Positions 58,595 through 64,000 of a stretch of 64,000 nucleotides of DNA are shown here, piece by piece. Location: NCBI GenBank assembly GCA_963781885.1, contig CAWAHW010000007.1:128001-192000 (forward strand), written 5' to 3'. Source of the stretch: an uncultured Spirochaetota bacterium (lineage in GTDB: Bacteria; Spirochaetota; Spirochaetia; SZUA-6; Fen-1364). Made by a program: the position numbers and the translations under genes. The notes under the pieces are model-generated. The model did not search any database. It was not told the DNA's origin and saw only the letters and a list, made by a program, of their open reading frames with translations. Each line of letters begins with the position of its first letter. Position 1 is the stretch's first letter.

Positions 58595-59583
58595 CAGCTC
58601 TCCCTTTTCCCGTACAGCCAGCAGGCGGCAATATGCGCGGGCGCGTGCTCCTGCAAGGGGGGCGCCTTTTCCCGGCAGATCGGCATCACCTTCGGGCAGC
58701 GCGGCGCAAAGCGGCAGCCTGTCGGAGGGGCGACGAGATCCGGCGGGCTGCCCGGCATCGTCACGAGCTCCTTCTGCTCCACGCGGATGTTCGGCACGCA
58801 GTTGATGAGCCCCTGCGTGTAGGGGTGCAGCGGGTGATCGAATATCTCCTGCGCGCTTGCGATCTCCATGATCCTGCCCGCATACATGACGGCGATCCGG
58901 TCCGCGATCTCCGCGACCAGACCCAGGTTGTGCGTGATGAGGACGATGGAGAGCTTGTACAGCCGGCGCAGCTCCAGGAGCAGCTCGGTGAAACCCGCCT
59001 CCACGATGACGTCGAGGGACGTCGTGGGCTCGTCGGCGATGAGGATGTCGGGGTTCATGATAAGGGCCAGCCCGATCATGATCCTCTGCCGCATGCCGCC
59101 GGAGAGCTGGTGGGGGTATTCCTTCAGCCGCTTCTTCTCGATGCCCAGCACGGCGAGTATCGTCTGGACCGCAGCGAGTGATTTCTCCTTCGTCATCGAG
59201 GAATCGTGAAAGTGGATCGTCTCCATGAAGTGTTTTTCCACGGTGAAGAGGGGATTCAACGAGGTGAGCGGGTTCTGGAAGATCATGGAGATGCTGCGGC
59301 CCCGCATGCCCAGGAGCGACCTTTCGCTCATGGAAAGGATGTCGGTGCCGCGGTACATGATCTTCCCGGCCGTGACCCGGCCGGGGGGACGCTGGAGCTT
59401 CAGGATGGAAAGGCCAAGGGTGGACTTCCCGCATCCCGATTCGCCCACCAGCCCGAGCGCTTCGCCGTCGTCGAGAGTGAAGGAGACGTCGTCCACCGCG
59501 CGGACTACGCCGATGGAGATGGGGTACGCGATGGAAAGGTGCTGGACGTCGAGGATGGTCTTCTGTGCGTCGTCTGCCATCAT
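58594..59583 (-). CDS. Peptide ABC transporter ATPase (OppD/DppD-like)
   Basis: GESGCGKS, LSGGMRQR, ADEPTT, GCRFAPRC. Confidence 0.93.
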   Translation of the reverse strand: MMADDAQKTILDVQHLSIAYPISIGVVRAVDDVSFTLDDGEALGLVGESGCGKSTLGLSILKLQRPPGRVTAGKIMYRGTDILSMSERSLLGMRGRSISMIFQNPLTSLNPLFTVEKHFMETIHFHDSSMTKEKSLAAVQTILAVLGIEKKRLKEYPHQLSGGMRQRIMIGLALIMNPDILIADEPTTSLDVIVEAGFTELLLELRRLYKLSIVLITHNLGLVAEIADRIAVMYAGRIMEIASAQEIFDHPLHPYTQGLINCVPNIRVEQKELVTMPGSPPDLVAPPTGCRFAPRCPKVMPICREKAPPLQEHAPAHIAACWLYGKRES

Positions 59584-60500
59584 CTCTCCAGGAGACGCGG
59601 GTTGAGGATCTCCGCGAGCCCCTCGCCGAGCATCGTGAACCCGAGCGCGAGCAGCATGATCATGAGGCCGGGGAAGGTGATCATCCACCAGACGCCGGAG
59701 GGCAGGAACTTTTTTCCCATGGAAAGGTCCATGCCCCAGTCCGGAATGCCCGCGGGCAGTCCCAATCCGATGTAGGAAAGGGCCGCCTCCGTCATGATGG
59801 CGTCCGCAATGTTCAGGGAGAGAATCACGACCACCGTGGCGATCACGTTCGGGAATATGTAGCGGCCGAGGATGGTGTTGCGCCGCGCCCCGATTGCCCG
59901 CGCCGCCTCCACGTACACCTCCTCCTTGATGGAGAGGGTCTGACCGCGCACGAGACGGAAATAGGTCGGGATGTAGACCACGGCCACCGCCAGGGTGATG
60001 TTGATGACGCCCGGTCCGAGCATGGCGGCGAACGCGATGGCAAGGATGAGGCCGGGGAACGAATAGACCGAATCCATGATGAGCGACAGCACCCGGTCAA
60101 AGATGCCGCCGATAAAACCCGAGAGCAGCCCCAGGGGGATGCCGATGATCGCCGAAAGGAGCGCCGCGGCGATTGCCACGCCGAGGATGGTCTGCGCGCC
60201 GTAGACGACGCGTGCCCAGACATCACGGCTCAGGTTGTCCGTGCCCATGATGTGCTGGGCGCTCGGAGCCGTCATCTGGCCCCCGGCATTCTGGTCGAGT
60301 GGGCTGTAGTGCGCGAAGAGGTGCGGGAAAAGTGTCATCGCCACGATGAGCGCGATGACCAGAAGGCCCGCGATCATGATCCACCACTCGGAGCGGTAGG
60401 TCTTCCGCGAGCGGCCGAACCATCGGAAGAAGGTCGCGATCCACCCGGCCGGGGAAAAGCGGGCGGGTTCGATGGGCGGGCGTTCCGACGGCGTGCTCAT
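59580..60500 (-). CDS. Peptide ABC transporter permease (OppC/DppC-like)
   Basis: GTDNLSRD, EAARAIGA, LSYIGLG. Confidence 0.93.
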   Translation of the reverse strand: MSTPSERPPIEPARFSPAGWIATFFRWFGRSRKTYRSEWWIMIAGLLVIALIVAMTLFPHLFAHYSPLDQNAGGQMTAPSAQHIMGTDNLSRDVWARVVYGAQTILGVAIAAALLSAIIGIPLGLLSGFIGGIFDRVLSLIMDSVYSFPGLILAIAFAAMLGPGVINITLAVAVVYIPTYFRLVRGQTLSIKEEVYVEAARAIGARRNTILGRYIFPNVIATVVVILSLNIADAIMTEAALSYIGLGLPAGIPDWGMDLSMGKKFLPSGVWWMITFPGLMIMLLALGFTMLGEGLAEILNPRLLER

Positions 60501-60501
60501 G

Positions 60502-61519
60502 TCAGTATTTCACCCGCGGGTCGATGGCGGCGTAGAGCAGGTCCACGAGGAGCGACACCGCGCTCACGAAGAGTGTGTAGACGATGATCACCCCCTGGAT
60601 GACCGGATAGTCCCTTAAGTAGATGCGCTCCAGGAGCAGCCGGCCCATGCCGGGCCAGGAGAAGGTGCTCTCCGTGAGGATGGCGCCGGCCAGGAGCAGG
60701 GCGAACTGGAGCCCCAGCATGGTCACGATCGGGATGAGCGCGTTGCGCAGCCCGTGATTATAGACGACGCGCCGCTCGGGAATGCCGCGGGCGCGCGCGG
60801 CCAGGATGTAGTCGCTCTTCAGCACATCGAGCATGTTCGCGCGCGTCAGACGCACGAAGATGCCCGAGAGCACGATGCCCAGCGTCACCGCCGGGAGCAC
60901 CAGGTGCCACATCACGTCGCCGAACGCGGCGAAGCTCCCGATGCGCAGCGTGTCGATGATGTAGAAGCCCGTGTGCGAAAACGTGGAGACGTCGACCCGC
61001 GGGCTCGTCCGTCCCGATACCGGGAAACCAGCTCAGGAACACGCCGAAGATGAGCTGCAGGAGCAGGCCCATCCAGAAAACCGGGATGCAGTAGACCACG
61101 TTTGCATACAAACGGATGCTGAAGTCGCGTCCCGTGCGGCGCCGGCGCGCGGCATAGGCGCCCAGCGGGATGCCGATCCCCAGGCTCACGAGCAGCCCGA
61201 AAACGGTCAGCTCGATCGTGGCGGGGAGCTTGTCCCTGATGGGAGAGATCACCTCTTCATTGTAGATCATCGACTTGCCGAGGTCGAAATGGGCGAGCTG
61301 GCCGAGGAATTCGATGTACTGCCTGCCGATGGGCTTGTTGAGCCCCAGCTCCTGCTTCTTCTGGTCGATGACCCTCTGCGGCGCGTGGCCGCCGAGCATT
61401 GCGCTCACGGGATCGCCCGGCATGACGCGGAGTACCACGAAGATCAGGGTCACCATGATAAACACCATCGGGATGGTGAGGAGGATTCGCGTGAACAGGT
61501 AATTCAGAAGATGACGCAT
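60502..61519 (-). CDS. Peptide ABC transporter permease (OppB/DppB-like), frameshifted at ~61022
   Basis: PGDP, DLGKS, PATIEL; LPAVTL, ARARG, RDYPVIQG; removing one base restores WFPVSGR. Confidence 0.9.
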
Positions 61520-61531
61520 TGTTACCGTGAC

Positions 61532-61569
61532 AAAAAAAGGCCGGAATCCCCGAGAGGAGACCCGGCCTC
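61532..61569 (-). terminator. Hairpin + U-tract between the binding-protein and permease genes
   Basis: Minus strand GAGGCCGGGTCTC...GGGATTCCGGCC-TTTTTTT. Confidence 0.7.
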
Positions 61570-61580
61570 TCAGTCTTTCC

Positions 61581-63128
61581 TTATTTCGTGAAACTCACCT
61601 GATCATAGTTGAAAATCAGGGTTGCGCCAACCTTGATACCGGTCACGTTCTTCTTGGAGAAGATGAACAGGTTGCCCTGGAAAATGGGCACCGTCATGCA
61701 CTCGTCGGTCCACATCTTCTGGATCTTGGCGAAAACCGCATTGCGCGCGGCTTCCGTCGTGGCCGACTGCTCCTGCACGAACAGGTCATCCCATGTCTTG
61801 CTGCTGAAGAAGATTCCCATGCCCTTCGCGCCTTCGGTCTGGGCGAATGGGGAAACGTAGTCGTCCGAGTCGATATAGTCGGGATACCAGCCGAGGAGGA
61901 ACGCCCCCATCTGCTTCTGGTCCCACTGCTGCTTGTACGTGGCCCACTCGGCGGACTTCAGGGTGACCTTCACGAGCGGGGTCAGCTCCATCTGCGCCTT
62001 GAGGACTTCCGCCATGTTCACTTCCGTGTCGCCGTAGTGGCTCGGGGTGTACCAGAGGTCGAAGGCGAAAGGCTTGTCCTTTGTGTAGCCGAGGCCGGTG
62101 AGGATCTTCTCCGCCGCCTTCACATTGCCGTCACCCCACACGGTCTTGAAGTCCTCCGTATGATAGGGCATCCCCTTGGGGACCATGGAGTACAGGGGCG
62201 AGTTCTCCCCGAGGTAGACCTTCTGGTTAATTTCCGGCCTGTTGATGAGGGCGCCCACCGCCTGGCGGAGCGCCTTGTCCTTGAACACGCTCTCCGAGGT
62301 CTCGAACACGAGGTAGCGGATCTGCTGCCCGGGGATCGGGTAGTTGACGAGATTCTTGTTTTTCTGAAGATCGAGAACATCGGAGGGAAGCATGGACTTG
62401 AATGTAACGTCCACCTCACCCTTCTCCAGGGCGAGTCTCATCGTGGTGGCATCCGCGAAGTAGCGGATGATGATCTTCTTGATGTTCGGCTCCTTGCCCC
62501 AGTAGTTCGGGTTGGCCTCGAAGACGGCCTGCTCGTCCCTCTTGAACGAGGTCAGGCGGTACGGCCCGAGCGCGACGATCTCTCCGCCGTTCAGCTCGTC
62601 CACGTCGTTGACGATCTTGTCGGCGGGATAGACGTTCGGATCCATGGGGAAGTACGTGGGCGTGGCCACGAGGGCCGGGAAGTAGGAAACGGGGCCCTTG
62701 AGGTTGAACCTCACCGTGTTGTCATCCACGACATCGACGGAGTTGACGTACTGGGTGACGAGCGCGGCCGGGTCACCATTGAGCTTGATGACGCGGTCGA
62801 TGCTCCACTTCACCGCCTGTGCGTTGAACGCATCGCCGTTGGAGAACTTCACGCCCTTGCGGAGATAGAAAGTGTACACATCGCCCTTGGCGTTCACCGT
62901 GTACTTTGTGGCAAGACCCGGCACGATGGTGCTTGTCCCCGGGGTGTACATCAGCAGACCCTGGCTGACGTTCTGGAAGATCTCCCAGGTGTGCATGTCG
63001 TAGGCGTCTGCCGGGTCCATCTTGGTGACCTTGTCCGTGGTCCCATAGACGAGTGTCGTCTGGGCCCAGGTCGCCGAGACGGAAAAGGCCAGTCCGACGA
63101 TCAGCAGAAGAACGAACAGTCTCTTCAT
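61581..63128 (-). CDS. Peptide ABC transporter substrate-binding protein (family 5)
   Basis: Signal peptide, MDPA, LRKGVKFSNG, GPY, NPNYWG, GW.PDY.D.D. Confidence 0.93.
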   Translation of the reverse strand: MKRLFVLLLIVGLAFSVSATWAQTTLVYGTTDKVTKMDPADAYDMHTWEIFQNVSQGLLMYTPGTSTIVPGLATKYTVNAKGDVYTFYLRKGVKFSNGDAFNAQAVKWSIDRVIKLNGDPAALVTQYVNSVDVVDDNTVRFNLKGPVSYFPALVATPTYFPMDPNVYPADKIVNDVDELNGGEIVALGPYRLTSFKRDEQAVFEANPNYWGKEPNIKKIIIRYFADATTMRLALEKGEVDVTFKSMLPSDVLDLQKNKNLVNYPIPGQQIRYLVFETSESVFKDKALRQAVGALINRPEINQKVYLGENSPLYSMVPKGMPYHTEDFKTVWGDGNVKAAEKILTGLGYTKDKPFAFDLWYTPSHYGDTEVNMAEVLKAQMELTPLVKVTLKSAEWATYKQQWDQKQMGAFLLGWYPDYIDSDDYVSPFAQTEGAKGMGIFFSSKTWDDLFVQEQSATTEAARNAVFAKIQKMWTDECMTVPIFQGNLFIFSKKNVTGIKVGATLIFNYDQVSFTK

Positions 63129-63254
63129 AAACTCTCCTTTCGTGCAAAAATATCATACCAAGATACGGGCCACCGTTGGTGCTGTCAAGGGAGCGGGCTG
63201 TCGGAAGCGCTTGTGGGGGCGGGAATCGCCCGCAAAAAGCGGGTGCGGGCGGGC

Positions 63255-63286
63255 AAAAAAAAGCCCTCCGTCTGCGCGGAGGGCTT
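63255..63286 (-). terminator. Rho-independent terminator of the ferritin gene
   Basis: AAGCCCTCCG/CGGAGGGCTT stem followed by a T-run on the minus strand. Confidence 0.85.
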
Positions 63287-63301
63287 CCGTCCGAAGAGGC
63301 T

Positions 63302-63787
63302 CTACTCCCTCTTGCGGAGCTGGTGATCGAGCTGGAAGATACCGGCGGAATTGACCGGTATCTTTTTCAGGAGATCGAGGATCCGCGACGCGTTCTTCTC
63401 TTCTTCCACCTGCTCGGTGATGAACCACTGGATGAACACCTTTGTCGGGTGATCGTTCACCTTGTCGGCCATGTCGGCGATGCCGTCGATCAGGGCCGTC
63501 ACCTTCTGTTCGTGCTCCAGGCTCTTCTCGAAGACCTCGACTGCCGATGCGAACTCCGCGGGCGGCTGCGCGATGGACTGGAGCACCACCTTCACGCCCC
63601 TGTCGATGAGGAACTCGAACATCTTCTTGCCGTGCTCCTGTTCTTCACCGGCCTGCTTGTACATCCAATGGGCGAACCCCTCGAGATTGATGGATTCAAA
63701 GTACGCGGCCATGGAAAGGTACATGTACGCCGAGTACCATTCGTTCTTGATCTGGTCCTGGATGAGCTTCTCCAGCTGCTTCTCCAC
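63302..63787 (-). CDS. ftnA: Non-heme ferritin
   Basis: EWYSAYMYLSM, EEQEH, HEQKVT, WFITEQVEEE; GTG start after AAGGAGG. Confidence 0.94.
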   Translation of the reverse strand: MEKQLEKLIQDQIKNEWYSAYMYLSMAAYFESINLEGFAHWMYKQAGEEQEHGKKMFEFLIDRGVKVVLQSIAQPPAEFASAVEVFEKSLEHEQKVTALIDGIADMADKVNDHPTKVFIQWFITEQVEEEKNASRILDLLKKIPVNSAGIFQLDHQLRKRE

Positions 63788-63806
63788 GCGATCCTCCTTG
63801 TTCGGT

Positions 63807-64000
63807 CTACCGGATGGAGAGCTTCCGCGCGCTCTCCCACAGTCCGTGTATGTTGCAATACGAAGAGGCCATAATGGTCCCGGGCTTGTCCGTCTTGAAC
63901 GAGCACTGGACGCTCGGGTTGGCGTAGACGGTGCTCGTGTCCGGCCCGTCGGGCGATTCGCCGTGCGCGGTGAAATCGAATCGTCCAACCTGGAAGGGGA
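63807..64000 (-). CDS. Superoxide reductase (neelaredoxin-type), 3' part only
   Basis: Manual translation ...FTAHGES..G.DTSTVY...SYCNIHGLWE..*; not in the ORF track because the start lies outside the window. Confidence 0.85.
   Translation of the reverse strand, partial: PFQVGRFDFTAHGESPDGPDTSTVYANPSVQCSFKTDKPGTIMASSYCNIHGLWESARKLSIR

Overview
GC-rich bacterial chromosomal segment. Gene content (PEGA/YncE lipoprotein, TPR/beta-barrel protein, many hybrid kinases) suggests an anaerobic Spirochaetia-like genome; this is inference only. Main contents: (1) a ~14 kb [FeFe]-hydrogenase locus (9.8-24.1 kb) with a sigma-54 promoter, a DRTGG/kinase/PHP regulatory block, hydC-hydD-hydB(+GltD-like fusion)-hydA, a sensory hydrogenase-histidine kinase fusion and a phosphorelay; (2) a complete IS110/IS1111-type element (27163-28646). 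Its 3' non-coding end folds into a bridge-RNA-like structure whose guide segments match both its own circle junction and its insertion site, which is one arm of a small inverted-repeat element; (3) a family of GCCACGG-N4-CCGTGGC hairpins at three loci: an intergenic 25-bp array, in-frame repeats in hydB, and a 72-bp array of triply nested hairpins; (4) two decayed restriction-modification loci, a HEPN-MNT pair and a putative surface-fibre cassette in lower-GC stretches; (5) ordinary metabolic and transport genes (PolX, three M42 peptidases, peptide ABC transporter, ferritin, superoxide reductase). Five genes carry frameshifts, four at short homopolymers, probably long-read assembly errors. No rRNA, tRNA or CRISPR array was recognised.
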